Below are positions 1 to 11,170 of a DNA stretch of 32,000 nt, piece after piece; positions within the stretch are counted from its first letter, which is position 1; each line of letters begins with the position of its first letter. The notes under the pieces were generated by a model. It saw only the letters and a program-made list of their open reading frames with translations. It was not told where the DNA came from and searched no databases. The stretch covers positions 30,001 to 62,000 of the forward strand of contig NZ_CP046578.1 of the NCBI RefSeq assembly GCF_013365455.1, read 5' to 3'. Made by a program: the position numbers and the translations under genes. Source of the stretch: Wolbachia endosymbiont of Dirofilaria (Dirofilaria) immitis (GTDB taxonomy: Bacteria; Pseudomonadota; Alphaproteobacteria; Rickettsiales; Anaplasmataceae).

Positions 1-289
1 CAAAGGGTATGTATAGTTATTATTTTGTAACCTGCTAAAAAATATAGAAGTATTGTGGCAAGTATATCTATAAAGAACATCATCTAATTAAGTATTTTTT
101 TTGGTAACATTCGGATACGTTTTTCCAGGTTTTTTTAGTGTTATTGAGCTCTTGTTTAGCTTCCTAAATTTTATCTATACGGTCTAGATTTTCTACTCTT
201 TTCTAATCTTGGATTTAGGTCTTTAGTGCTTGTTGTATTATTTTAACCTATTTTGTATCACATAAGCTTTTCTATGTTAATTACAGATG

Positions 290-871
290 TTACCATTTAT
301 AAAACTTGTATTCCTTATTTTGCAGAAGATTTACAATATTTTTATGGTGCTTTAAAAAAATTAATATTGCTATAGTTAATAGTGCAAAAAATAACTCTCT
401 TTGGAAAAAGAGAGCTGCTATAACAGCTGTTGTAGTAGAAATTAAAGAAGCAAGAGAAGAATATCGAAAGGTAGAAAATGCTGCTAGCCAAATAAATGTA
501 AACACTAATGTCACATAGGTATTAAGTGCTATCAGAATTCCTAAAGTTGTTGCAACTCCCTTTCCTCCATTAAATTTTAGCCAAATAGGAAACATATGTC
601 CTAGAACTACTAATATTGCAGAGATATATGTATCACTATCAGAAAATTGCTGTGTTACGTAAACTGCAATAAATCCTTTTAAGGAATCTAGAAATAATGC
701 TAGAGCAGCAAGTTTTTTATTTCCTGTTCTTGCAACATTTGTAGCACCAATATTTCCGGAACCTATTTCTCTTAAATTTATTCCTTTTATCCTTGTAATG
801 ATTGAACTAAATGGTATTGAACCCAATATGTATGATAATATAAGAATTATATACTTTTCAATCACGCTCAC
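290..871 (-). CDS. plsY: Glycerol-3-phosphate acyltransferase PlsY (acyl-phosphate dependent)
   Basis: 193-aa multi-TM ORF with PlsY hallmarks ILSYILGSIPFS and GSGNIGATNVAR. The start at 871 is GTG (plus strand cac at 869-871); there is no nearby in-frame ATG. Confidence 0.9.
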   Translation of the reverse strand: MSVIEKYIILILSYILGSIPFSSIITRIKGINLREIGSGNIGATNVARTGNKKLAALALFLDSLKGFIAVYVTQQFSDSDTYISAILVVLGHMFPIWLKFNGGKGVATTLGILIALNTYVTLVFTFIWLAAFSTFRYSSLASLISTTTAVIAALFFQRELFFALLTIAILIFLKHHKNIVNLLQNKEYKFYKW

Positions 872-982
872 ATTTTTGGTACTATCTTGTACATATAGTG
901 CTAAATCTTAGAAAAACGATAGATTTAAATATCAAGTACTGGAATATTAACTTATGTTATTATATAGCTGTGCACTAAGAAC

Positions 983-2452
983 CTAATTAATTTTGTTATC
1001 CCTTAGTCTCTTTAAATAGTGTTGGACTTCATTGTTAATCTGATTACTAAATAGTATAAGTGCTATCATATTAATAAGAGCTAAACAAGAGAATAAAGTT
1101 CCACCAATGTTAGCAATGGTCATTATATCTTTAGAAAGTCCAGAGAAAAATGCTACAATTATTACTGCTATACGGTATATTACTATGCTTTTTGTGCCAA
1201 ACAAATATAGCCATCCCATTTCACAGCAGTATACAAATGAAATTACTGAAGAAAACGCAAATAAAGGTGCGGCTGTAGTTAGAAGTATAGGAAACCAAGA
1301 AGAAACTGTTTCAAATGCTCTTTGAGTAATTAGTATTCCCTCACCAACGCCGGTTTGATATACATCTGTTATTACTATTGTTATTCCTGTTAAACAACAA
1401 ATTAACATTGTATCAAAGCATGGTTCTATCATTGCAACCAGTCCAGTTCTAACTGGTTCCTCATCTTTAGCCACTGCATGTGTAATTGAGGCAGAGCCAA
1501 TACCTGCTTCACTAGCAAAAATTGCCCTTTGGATTCCAGCAACAAATGCTCCTACTACTCCTCCACCAGCGGCGTTGAAGTCTATCATATTGGAAAATAG
1601 GATTTTAAATGCATTGCCAAGATTGCTGATATTAAATGCAATGATTGTAATGCAGCTAAAAATGTATATAAGCGACATGACTGGTACTAGTGCAGAAGAT
1701 ACTATGACTATCCTTCTAATTCCACCAATGATTACTAAAGCAAGCAACACGGAAATTATAAAAGAGAGCAACCATGGATTACTATCTATCCAATTTGAGT
1801 AGCCAGACAGTATTGAGACCATTTGGTTAGTTTGAAATGCTACACTTCCGCCGAGACCAGATAATATGAAGAATAATGCATATACTGCAGCTAGGGCAAT
1901 ACCAAGTTTTTTAAACCCAAATTCTTCTAATCCATTCTTAATATATTGAAAGGGGCCACTAAATAACTGTTCCTGACCTTCTGTCCTGTGTCTGAATGCT
2001 AAGGTTACTTCAGCAAATTTTGCTGACATACCAAAAAGGCCTGTGATCATCATCCAAGGCACTGCTCCTGGTCCTCCAGTTGAAATTGCAATTGCAACAC
2101 CAGCGACAGTTCCAAGACCTACAGTACTTGAGAGTGCAGTTACAAATGCCTGAAAATGCGTAATGTGACCATCATGGTGATCTGTATCATATTTTCCACA
2201 TAAAATAGTAAATGCGTGCTTAAACATTCTTATGTTAAGGAATTTAAAACGCAGTGTTAGAAACACATAGCCAAAAGCCACTAGGAAAATTATAAATGGT
2301 ACATAGAAAACTTTAAAAAACAATATTTCACTCATGAAGTTATTTATTCCATCTAGTACAGCATCATAGCTCTTGTAAAAAACTGGAGTAGCGTATGTAT
2401 CATGAAATAATAGGCAAAATAGTAGTGCTATATATAGTAACCTGTAAATCAT
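983..2452 (-). CDS. Sodium:alanine (amino acid) symporter, AGCS family
   Basis: 489-aa polytopic ORF with an ATG start. It contains the AGCS-like block GGPGAVPWMMITGLFGMSAKFAEVTLAFRHR and lies 111 bp upstream of plsY on the same strand. Confidence 0.85.
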   Translation of the reverse strand: MIYRLLYIALLFCLLFHDTYATPVFYKSYDAVLDGINNFMSEILFFKVFYVPFIIFLVAFGYVFLTLRFKFLNIRMFKHAFTILCGKYDTDHHDGHITHFQAFVTALSSTVGLGTVAGVAIAISTGGPGAVPWMMITGLFGMSAKFAEVTLAFRHRTEGQEQLFSGPFQYIKNGLEEFGFKKLGIALAAVYALFFILSGLGGSVAFQTNQMVSILSGYSNWIDSNPWLLSFIISVLLALVIIGGIRRIVIVSSALVPVMSLIYIFSCITIIAFNISNLGNAFKILFSNMIDFNAAGGGVVGAFVAGIQRAIFASEAGIGSASITHAVAKDEEPVRTGLVAMIEPCFDTMLICCLTGITIVITDVYQTGVGEGILITQRAFETVSSWFPILLTTAAPLFAFSSVISFVYCCEMGWLYLFGTKSIVIYRIAVIIVAFFSGLSKDIMTIANIGGTLFSCLALINMIALILFSNQINNEVQHYLKRLRDNKIN

Positions 2453-3789
2453 GTTTAATACCTCTTAGAATTATAACAAAAATCTATTGTGTTTAGGGCT
2501 TTCCTTCTTAGGAGCTATATTACAATAGCATTTGGGATCATAAAGCACATAAACAAATTATTGCCTAAATAAGATATAAGTTCTGTATCTCTTGATATAC
2601 ACTGAAACCAGTGTAAAAATTTAAGGCAACATTGGTACTTTTTATTACTAAGCAAGTACACCTTTATGGTAGTAATAATAAGCTATTGTTGTGGAAATGC
2701 AAAAAAAACCTCATTAGTAGAGGAATTGGCTTACTAAAAACAAAGGTAAAACTATTAGAAATGCTGAGCTAACCAATATTGTATTTAGGCTATTGGCGCT
2801 ATATATACTAGTGATATTATTCAATGCTAGTTAAGAATGAGAGTAATATTGTGTCTACAAGTGTGGTGCAATCGTTGTAAAGCTTGAAACTTTAATTGGA
2901 CATTTTTCTTTCATAACTAAATGTGTTCTAAGCGGCTATTCTGATTACTGCTTTATTGTAAATACTGATCTTCTTATGCTGCCATTAATTCACTTAGTAC
3001 TTTATCTCATTATAGCTGATTTGTTAGAGATATCTCATGGTATTGTAAATAAAGCATTTCGATAGATTATCCTTATCTATATGGGTTAAATATATAAACA
3101 TACCTGTATGCTACGTTATCTTATAATGGGTTCTAAACCTGTTTAAATAAAAGCAATTCATTTTATTTTTTTAATATTATAGTTAAAACAAGTATCAAAA
3201 TATGGTAAAAGATATCTTCTTTCGAAGAGGTGTTTTTTATAATACTGCATTCATTTACTTAGAATCTTGTATTGTATGAAGTCATTGTAATAAGCAGTAT
3301 GCTTGCATCAGTAAATGCAAGTAATTTACCAGTTTCTGTAGATCTAATTTTTTCGAGCTTATTTCATGTGATAAAAAAACTCTGCCAGTTTTAAATTTTC
3401 AGAGTGATAAAATGATAAGTGGATGTAAGCACTGCTTTAGCGAACCTAGTATGTTATGCTAAGCATTTCAGTGATGATTGTCTAGAAATTGCAACTCTTA
3501 ATATTGTTCTCAGTTCTGATGCCAACTATTTCTGAGATTGATATTATAAATGCATAGATATAAATGATTGTATTGTCATTGTGGATTACATTTTAGGTTG
3601 AAAAGTGCTGTATTCCATCTTGGCTAAGCTAAAGTTAGTAACTTTAAGTTAGACGACATGAAAACTCTAGTTGCAATTGCCTAAGTAATTAAAATAAAGT
3701 GTTTAAATGTCTTTATATATAGAAATGAATTCAACAGTTCACTTATTTTTTAATAATGCTTCTTCACTGCTTTTTATTATAATTTATAC

Positions 3790-4560
3790 CTAGCGAGCTT
3801 TATACGTATAATATATATATAATCCAGTGCTTATTGGAATAGTAAGTGTATATACTATACCTAAGATTGGTAAAGTGATCCATGGCTTGCTGACAAAAAA
3901 TACAATGAATACTCCAAAAAGTGATACAAATATGTAAGATAAGTTTCTAGGAACATAAATGTATTTTGCAGAAAAAGTTGGAATGTGGCTGACTGAAAAA
4001 AATGAAATAGCAAAAAAGTAACAAGCTGTGTTTCTTATGTTGAAAAACTGCTCTACAATAAGTAAATGTTCACTTTCTTGAGAGTGAAAGGTAACAATTA
4101 TTGGTAACAGAGAAAGTAGAGCACATATCGGTGCTGGTACTCCAGAGAAGAAAAATTTTTCCCAGTTAAATTGCTCTAAATTTAATGATATATTGAACCT
4201 TGCAAGTCTTATCGAGATGCAGATTACATATATCATCACTAGTATCCATCCTATAACTTTAATTTCTTTTAATTTCCAAAAGTATAAAAGAAATGCGGGT
4301 GCTGCACCAAAGTTTAGAAAGTCTGCAAAAGAATCAAGTTGCGCTCCAAAATTACTAGTTAATTTTAAGATTCTGGCTATCTTGCCATCCATTCCATCTA
4401 TAATTGCTGCAATGATAATAAAAGTTACTGCAAACTCCCACTGTTCATTAAATGTGAACTTTAGTGAAGTAAGACCAGAGCATAAACCTAATAAAGTTAT
4501 AAAATTTGGAAATAATTTAGCAACAGGCAGAAACCTACTGTTATTACTATAATTGTTCAT
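3790..4560 (-). CDS. pssA: CDP-diacylglycerol--serine O-phosphatidyltransferase
   Basis: 256-aa membrane ORF carrying the CDP-alcohol phosphatidyltransferase motif D-G-x2-A-R-x8-G-x3-D-x3-D ([27 protein letters not shown]). Its ATG overlaps the psd stop as ATGA (4557-4560). Confidence 0.87.
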   Translation of the reverse strand: MNNYSNNSRFLPVAKLFPNFITLLGLCSGLTSLKFTFNEQWEFAVTFIIIAAIIDGMDGKIARILKLTSNFGAQLDSFADFLNFGAAPAFLLYFWKLKEIKVIGWILVMIYVICISIRLARFNISLNLEQFNWEKFFFSGVPAPICALLSLLPIIVTFHSQESEHLLIVEQFFNIRNTACYFFAISFFSVSHIPTFSAKYIYVPRNLSYIFVSLFGVFIVFFVSKPWITLPILGIVYTLTIPISTGLYIYYTYKAR

Positions 4561-5249
4561 ATAATATCGAAAGTAAGCTTTTCTTGAGTATTTTTCTTGT
4601 TTAAGTTTGCTATAATTGTCTCACCACCGACAACAGTTTGTCTTTTTGAGACTCTTATTTCTGTATCAGCAGGGACATAAATATTTACTCTACTGCCAAA
4701 TCTTATAATTCCAAACCTTTCACCTGCTTTTACGTCTTGAAAAACTTTTAGATTACAAATAATACGACGTGCAACTAATCCTGCTATTTGCTCTACAATA
4801 ATTTCTTTTTCCTTTTCGTACTCAATTACAATAACTTGCTTTTCATTTTCATTGCTAGACCTATTTCTCATTGCAGAGACAAATTTACCCTTTTTGTAGT
4901 GCATTTCTTTTATTGTGCCAGATATTGGTATGCGATTTACATGCACATTCAAGATGCTCAAGAATATGCTAATAAGTGTAAATTTTTTTTCCTCTTTATT
5001 TTCCACTGATAAAGGGTAACTCACTTCTTCAATTTTTGAGATTATGCCATCAGCGGGACTTAGTATTAGACCCCTGTTGCTTGGCACAGCTCTTGCTGGG
5101 TCACGAAAGAAGTAGGTACATAATAATGTTAAAAGTAAGCATGTAATGCTAAATCTCCAAGATAAGGGGAATGCTATGCATGTCACTATAAAAGAAATTA
5201 CTATAAACAAGTAACCTTCCCTATTTATATTAGGTAACCTAAAGCACAT
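4557..5249 (-). CDS. psd: Phosphatidylserine decarboxylase proenzyme
   Basis: 230-aa ORF with an N-terminal TM segment and the C-terminal self-cleavage region RFGSRV (G-S site). It is translationally coupled to pssA by a 4-bp overlap. Confidence 0.87.
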   Translation of the reverse strand: MCFRLPNINREGYLFIVISFIVTCIAFPLSWRFSITCLLLTLLCTYFFRDPARAVPSNRGLILSPADGIISKIEEVSYPLSVENKEEKKFTLISIFLSILNVHVNRIPISGTIKEMHYKKGKFVSAMRNRSSNENEKQVIVIEYEKEKEIIVEQIAGLVARRIICNLKVFQDVKAGERFGIIRFGSRVNIYVPADTEIRVSKRQTVVGGETIIANLNKKNTQEKLTFDII

Positions 5250-5389
5250 AACCTTATCAGTAATAATCTATTGTTAATAATTTATCATTTATCACTTCTA
5301 ATGAAAAGTTTTTTTTAACCACCTCAAAAAAACCTTTTGGTCAATGTAAAGGTTAAGTAGTTTTTTTGATAAGAGTGTTATTCTAAATT

Positions 5390-6130
5390 GTAATCCTTTT
5401 GAGGATGAAAAATAAGGAGGATGTAGAGAGTAAAACTTTAGAAAGGTGTTGTCTAGAGTAAACAGAGGTTTTTGGTTTGAAAATGTAGATAAACAAGAGC
5501 AAAAAGCATGAAATATGTAGGTTTGTTGGTGGTTTCTGCTTGTAAATGGTGTAAGTAAATGTACATCCTGTGAGTACCGTGACAGATATGGAAACAGTAG
5601 AATAAAAAAAAAGAGTTTTTTATTAAAAAAAGAAAGCTAAAATGGCAGAGTGAAAGAACGAAAATTAAGGTAGAAACTTTGATTATAAGGGTAAAAGAAA
5701 GATATGAGTAGATATGAAATTTGAATTTGTATTCAACATATATAATCTTCTTTAAGAGGGTTAATATAGAAGACGAGGAAAGGAAAAAGAAAAACAATTA
5801 GAGAAAGATCTAGGTAATGTAAGGTAAGTGTAAGCAAAATTAGTTATGTGATAGATGATGCAAGCCGCACAGTGTGGGAAAAGTTATAGAAGGAATGCTG
5901 AGTTTAAGTGTAATATTTGCAGTGTTGAGATGTTTTAGTTACATAAAACGAACTATAATATCTGTTTGAAGAAGTAATGACGGGCAGTAGTTTAAAGTTT
6001 ATGTTGGAAAGTAAATGTAAATATAAATGAGCATCTGTTTGGGAAGGGTATTGATATGTAAAACTAACTACATAGACCACAAAAAAATGATAAAGTGAAG
6101 CTTTTCTGAGGAGCGTTAAGCACAATGATT
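5390..6130 (+). other. Purine-loaded, cytosine-depleted non-coding tract 1
   Basis: Hand counts on the + strand: 5401-5520 has 33 G vs 6 C, 5641-5700 has 15 G vs 3 C, 5881-5940 has 16 G vs 2 C, and 6001-6060 has 16 G vs 2 C. The + strand is dense in stop codons. The only long ORFs (5453-5797 and 5904-6125) lie on the pyrimidine-rich complement. Confidence 0.8.
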
Positions 6131-7073
6131 TGGCTGAGGGTATAGCATTTGGTGGCTTTTAAAAAAATTGAAAAGTCGGCTATTTAATTTACTGCAATTA
6201 GTACATCGTTATGGTCTTAGTATCTGTGCTATTGAATTTTTTTACAAAACTTTTGTCAATGGGATTACTTGTTCATCATAAGACGGTTTATCAAGGCTAA
6301 GAATAAGGTAAAAGAAGCTGTATTTGTCTAGGTAGTATGGCTGAGAGGTACTTATGGTTGCATAAGTTTATTTTTCTCAGTAGACTTTATAAGATGTTAA
6401 AGAGTGATCATATTTTTTTGTGTATAGCCTATCTTAATTTCAATAGTTATGTTTGTTTAGTTTTTTTCTTACATCTCTGAATAGAGGTATATTTAAAAAA
6501 AGGTAATGTGCTTGGTATCTAGAAAAGTCTGCATGGGTGTTCTTCCATAGCAATGTTTTCCTGAGTAAGGTCTATCATTGTGCTAATAAAATATGTTTTT
6601 ATAAAAATTTATAGAAAGAACTCCGTAGATCATATTCTTTTTTGTTTTTTGGTATAGCTTTGCTTTATCTTTAAAATCTTAAAACTTTCCTAATCGTTTA
6701 TCCATGATGTCAGTATCTTATTCTCTTATAGTCTACCAATTTTAGATAACTGGAAGCTCTGTTAAATCGCTGTTTAAAGAGTAAAAATAGAGACTAAGAG
6801 GATCGAATTGAGTAAATGAAGTTTAGGAAAGCTCCAATGAAGGAAGAAATTAGTAGAAATAAGTGATGTGAAAAATTTTTATTGACTTAATTCTATTTTA
6901 TTCTGTAACCTTAAATTGGTTTTTGTTAGTTCTTAACTAAGTGTATACCTTTAATTGTAAGTAAAAGTTGATAAGTTACATCTCATTTAACTTATTTGTT
7001 AATTTAATAAATAAGCGTGAGGGGAAGTAGTTAGCTTTGGTATTGCTTCTTCCTGCCTATATAAGTAAAGTTG

Positions 7074-7793
7074 ATGTCCTTTTTAATTGTAGCAAATTGG
7101 AAGATGAATGGGACAAGGTCTTCATTTGTTGATTTTATGGGTAAACTTAACAATAAGAGCAATAGAATTACCTCTAAGCTTGTGATTTGTCCTCCTTTTA
7201 CATCATTGCCAGATACTATAGAATTAAACAGTAATATTAATATAGGTGCGCAGAATTGCCATCATAAAAAATATGGATCTTACACAGGTGAAGTTAGTGC
7301 AAAGATGCTAAGAGAATTAGAGTGTACTTATGTAATACTTGGACATTCTGAAAGAGTTAACGAAATAGATAGTGAAATAAAACTTAAATTGGAAATAGCA
7401 ATGGAATCTGGTCTGCGCCCAATTGTTTGTGTAGGTGAAAATGTAGAAGATTGCAAAAGTGGGAAAACAAGGGAAGTAATAGCATATCAATGTAAAAACC
7501 GCTTGCTGGTGTATGGTGAATATATTGTAGCATATGAACCATTATGGGCGATAGGTACAGGATATGTACCAAGCAATGATAAAATTGCTGAAGTAATAGA
7601 GGTAATAAAATCCTGTGTTGGTAACAAACAGGTTATATATGGTGGTTCAGTTAATTTAGAAAATATAGGCAGTCTGCTTAGTATCTCAGATTTATCAGGG
7701 GTTTTGATTGGTAGTGCAAGTCTAGATTTTGACTACTTTTATAAAATTTTACAACAGGTTGAGAAGCCTACCAGTTCTGAAATCGGTAATTAA
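7074..7793 (+). CDS. tpiA: Triosephosphate isomerase
   Basis: TIM motifs ANWKMNG, GHSERV and [11 protein letters not shown] are present. The ORF track starts at TTG 7071, but the ATG at 7074 is the more likely start. Confidence 0.92.
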   Translation: MSFLIVANWKMNGTRSSFVDFMGKLNNKSNRITSKLVICPPFTSLPDTIELNSNINIGAQNCHHKKYGSYTGEVSAKMLRELECTYVILGHSERVNEIDSEIKLKLEIAMESGLRPIVCVGENVEDCKSGKTREVIAYQCKNRLLVYGEYIVAYEPLWAIGTGYVPSNDKIAEVIEVIKSCVGNKQVIYGGSVNLENIGSLLSISDLSGVLIGSASLDFDYFYKILQQVEKPTSSEIGN

Positions 7794-7802
7794 AAAACTT
7801 GC

Positions 7803-9044
7803 ATGATGCATACTGATAGATTCAAGGAATACAAAATAGCGGCGTTAATAGTTGCAGCAGGAATAGGCAGTAGATGTAATGGTGTAATTTCTAAGCAGTA
7901 TATAAAGCTGGTAGGTAAACCTGTTTTATTTCATACAGTCAGAAAGTTCTTAGCTAACCGACATATAGATTATGTAAGAGTGGTCATTAACCAAAATCAT
8001 GAAAATTTCTATAAAGAAGCTATATCATCAATTATAGATACTAAATTGCTGAGCCCAGTGTACGGGGGGAAAATTAGGCAAAACTCAGTTAAATTTGGAC
8101 TTGAAAGTTTACAAAAAATGAATTTAGATTTTGTCATTATACACGATGCGTGTAGGCCTTTTGTGTCAGATACTCTAATAGATAACTTAGCTCAGTTTAT
8201 GGTTGATGGTCAGCATGTTGGAGTAGTACCAGCAATGGAGGTTGAAAGTACTATGTTAGTGGTAGATAATGGTTTCATTAAATCCTCGATTTCAAGAGAG
8301 AAGCTCAGAGAGGTACAAACTCCTCAAATCTTTGACTTTAAAGAATTATTATTATGTCATCAATCAAATAAAGAATTTACTGATGATTCATCACTTATGA
8401 TAGGGCATAAAAAATGTGTTGCGATTATTAGAGGTGAAAAAAGCAATTTTAAGTTGACTACAAAAGAAGATATTGGTGTGGCGAATCTTCTTCTTGAAGA
8501 GCCAAAATATCGTGTTGGAACAGGTTATGATATACATAAGTTTGTTAAGGCTCAAAATAAAGCCAAGAGCTTTATAAGAGTTTGTGGTGTAGAAATTGAG
8601 TATGATATGGTAATAGAAGCACATTCTGATGGCGATGTAGCAATACATGCAATAGTTGATGCAATACTGGGAGCACTAGGATGTGACGATATAGGGAAAT
8701 ATTTCCCATCCAGTTCTGTTAATTGGAAAGATTGTAACTCATCTTATTTCCTTAGCTTTGCTGCTGCAAAAGCTAAAGAAAGAGGGTATCGTGTATCTAA
8801 TTTAGATGTCACTATAGTTTGTGAGGAGCCTAAAATATCGCCTTATAGAGCAAAGATGAAGAAATTTATATCAAGAGTATTGGGGATTGATGATGAATTT
8901 GTAAATGTCAAAACAACTACTGCAGAAAAGTTAGGTTCTATTGGAAGAAGTGAAGGAATAGCAGCACATGCTTCTGTGTTATTATACAAGTTAGTGTCTT
9001 ACGCTAATTTTTCCTTAACACTTATGGCTTTATTTCTTAAGTAG
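7803..9044 (+). CDS. ispDF: Bifunctional 2-C-methyl-D-erythritol 4-phosphate cytidylyltransferase / MEcPP synthase (IspD-IspF fusion)
   Basis: The N-terminal half has the IspD motif AALIVAAGIGSR. The C-terminal half has the IspF metal-ligand motifs GTGYDIHKF and HSDGDVAIHAIVDA. It starts 9 bp after tpiA. The ORF runs about 14-17 aa past the usual IspF end (see findings). Confidence 0.9.
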   Translation: MMHTDRFKEYKIAALIVAAGIGSRCNGVISKQYIKLVGKPVLFHTVRKFLANRHIDYVRVVINQNHENFYKEAISSIIDTKLLSPVYGGKIRQNSVKFGLESLQKMNLDFVIIHDACRPFVSDTLIDNLAQFMVDGQHVGVVPAMEVESTMLVVDNGFIKSSISREKLREVQTPQIFDFKELLLCHQSNKEFTDDSSLMIGHKKCVAIIRGEKSNFKLTTKEDIGVANLLLEEPKYRVGTGYDIHKFVKAQNKAKSFIRVCGVEIEYDMVIEAHSDGDVAIHAIVDAILGALGCDDIGKYFPSSSVNWKDCNSSYFLSFAAAKAKERGYRVSNLDVTIVCEEPKISPYRAKMKKFISRVLGIDDEFVNVKTTTAEKLGSIGRSEGIAAHASVLLYKLVSYANFSLTLMALFLK

Positions 9045-11142
9045 GGCACTTCAGTAGTTTAAAACCTGCCTGAAAACTGATTTCAGAAGATATTTCTTTC
9101 ATCTTTAATAAAATTTCTTCAAATATTGCTTTATTTGTTGCTAGCACACGGTCAAGTTTTAGGTCGAGGAGCTTTGATAGAAACATGAAAAATTAACTTT
9201 AAAGATGTTGATAATAATGCAATATTTTCGTAAATGTTTAATCTTTTATATCTATATTTTAAAGTTTTAGATGCGTTAATTGTGAGAATGATCTTCTTCT
9301 CCACATGAGTCTGAAATTATATCTTAGTACAGCTTCGTTTGGTAAATATCTGCTACGCAGTTTATGGATGCAAAAACATTATCCAAATTAAAGTGCCTTA
9401 CGTTTACTTTTTGGTGTGCTTCTTAGCGTACATATTCACTCTCTATTTTTTCTTCTATTTAGAAATAGTCCACTAATTTATGTATCCTATAAAATTTTAT
9501 ATATTCTATCTTTATCAAGAATTTTTTGATTTACACAATTTTCTATAATCTTGTCGCATGATTAAGTACTGAGATGAAAGGTTCATATGCGGAAGCCCAG
9601 ATGTGAGATTTGCTGTACATTATATAATAGTTTTACCTTATATTATCATTAGAGCTTTTGGATATTGCTTTCAGTTATAGAATTAAGTTGTGGTGTTACT
9701 TAAGTTAGAATTAATATAAGTCCAATTTAAGGAATTATTATTATAATTTTATTATAATTGTAATGTGTTATACCTTTGCCCATCCAAAAGTTTTATACCT
9801 GTTTCTCTAATAAGTAACTCGTAACCTTAAAGCAATTTTAGAATAGCTTCATCATCACTAGCCTCTATTTTGCTGTAATGAATGTTTTCCACCTGGTCTT
9901 ATAAAAGAAGTGATGGATTTTGTGGAATCGTTTCTACACTTTGTGTAGAGAAATTATGGGTTATATTGCGAATATCTTGCGTTGATAAAATTTTTCCAGA
10001 CTTTCCGGTAAAGCAGAATGGTTGGATTTGCTACCACCTGGATAACCAATAGGTTCTACTTTTTAGTAAAACTCAATTGTAATGGACTTATTTCAAAATA
10101 TTGTTCTGTGTTATTCGGATAATTTTGAATTTTAGGAGTGGAAATAATTATTCTTAGGACCAAGTAATCCTCTTATCACAGTTGAAAAAAATTATTGAGA
10201 AGCCTTTCGTTATCATCCAAAGAAAATTAGCTGTTACTATATTGTAATTGTAACAAAGGTAAAACTACAGTGGTCATTAATCTTGACCTCCTTTCTTTGA
10301 TTAGAGAGCATAAATTCAGTATTTGTATGATCATAAACGAGAAACCATAGAAGATTCACGTGTATAGAATCTCTGTTTTACTTTGGTAGCTTTGCTATGA
10401 GGGCAGCAATGGCTTTCCTTATTCATTTGCAAACAACTTTATACATTTTATACATATGATATTCGAGAATACATTTACTATCTTGCCAGTAGTACTTGAG
10501 CCAAGCTCTGATCATGTATCTGCGAAATACGTTATCTTACTTGTAAGTAGAAAGGAAAGTAGAACAAGAATCATGCTGGTTAAAATTAATATCAATAAGC
10601 AAAGTTGATATTTGCTTGCATAAAAGATAAAAGTAAACTCTGATACGAAGTGCTAGTGTATGGCTTACTGACTTATTGATGTTTATATAGTATCCGGAAT
10701 ATAGTTTCTTAAATTATTTATCTTATTTAGCAATACTGCTAGAGAGGTTATTTTGGTAATAGCTATTATCATAATCTAATAATATAGCAGTACTTAGTTC
10801 AACAATGTTTTTACGGAGATTAAAGAGCCTGCTTAGTTTCAAAAAAATAGTTGCGTAATTTGACACTGCACTCAAGTAAAAATAATATTAATATATAAAA
10901 TATAATGAAGTATTATGTTATGGAAGGAGTTACTTACATCTAGTGTTGAAGCACAATCTACAATGGCTTTTATTATTGAGTATGAGTTAAAGTGGAATAT
11001 CTATAATTTAAACTCATGCTGCTAGCAGTATTGCTGTAGTATGCACTGGGAATGGAGAATGCAACTTGCTCTGTTGTGATGCTATTTATGTTTCACTTGA
11101 ATTATCAGTGAAATAAGGTTAATATAAGGTTACATCAATCAG

Positions 11143-11170
11143 TTGAAAATTGACTCTATATTAATATTAT
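11143..11170 (+). promoter_or_regulatory. Candidate sigma70-type promoter for the 441-aa membrane protein gene
   Basis: TTGAAA (11143-11148), a 16-bp spacer, then TATTAT (11165-11170), about 38 bp upstream of ATG 11208. The purine-rich stretch aagaagggaagtaggt precedes the ATG. This is a pattern match only, in AT-rich DNA. Confidence 0.35.

Noticed and set aside
1-85. Minus-strand frame starting at ATG 85-83 (MMFFIDILATILLYFLAGYKIITIHTL...) and running off the left edge
   Set aside because: Only 27 codons are visible, so the family cannot be identified. It could be the start of a membrane protein gene but is unsupported from this window alone.
2739-2754. Exact 16-mer aacaaaggtaaaacta repeated at 2739-2754 and 10252-10267
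   Set aside because: For this base composition I estimate one to a few exact 15-16-mer repeats per 32 kb by chance. The flanks do not extend the match.
5453-6125. Minus-strand ORFs 5453-5797 (114 aa) and 5904-6125 (73 aa) with F/L/S/Y-rich translations
   Set aside because: They lie on the pyrimidine-rich complement of a purine tract, where stop codons are almost impossible to spell, so long open frames arise for free. The strand has almost no G, the translation is low-complexity, and there is no RBS or homolog-like motif.
6340-6385. tRNA-like fragment ggtagtatggctgagaggtacttatggttgcataag (D-loop-like GGCTGAGAGGTA), plus a similar TGGCTGAGGGTA at 6130-6145
   Set aside because: No valid 7-nt anticodon loop, T arm or acceptor pairing could be built. 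At most it is a decayed tRNA scrap, and the 12-nt similarity between the two sites is within chance.
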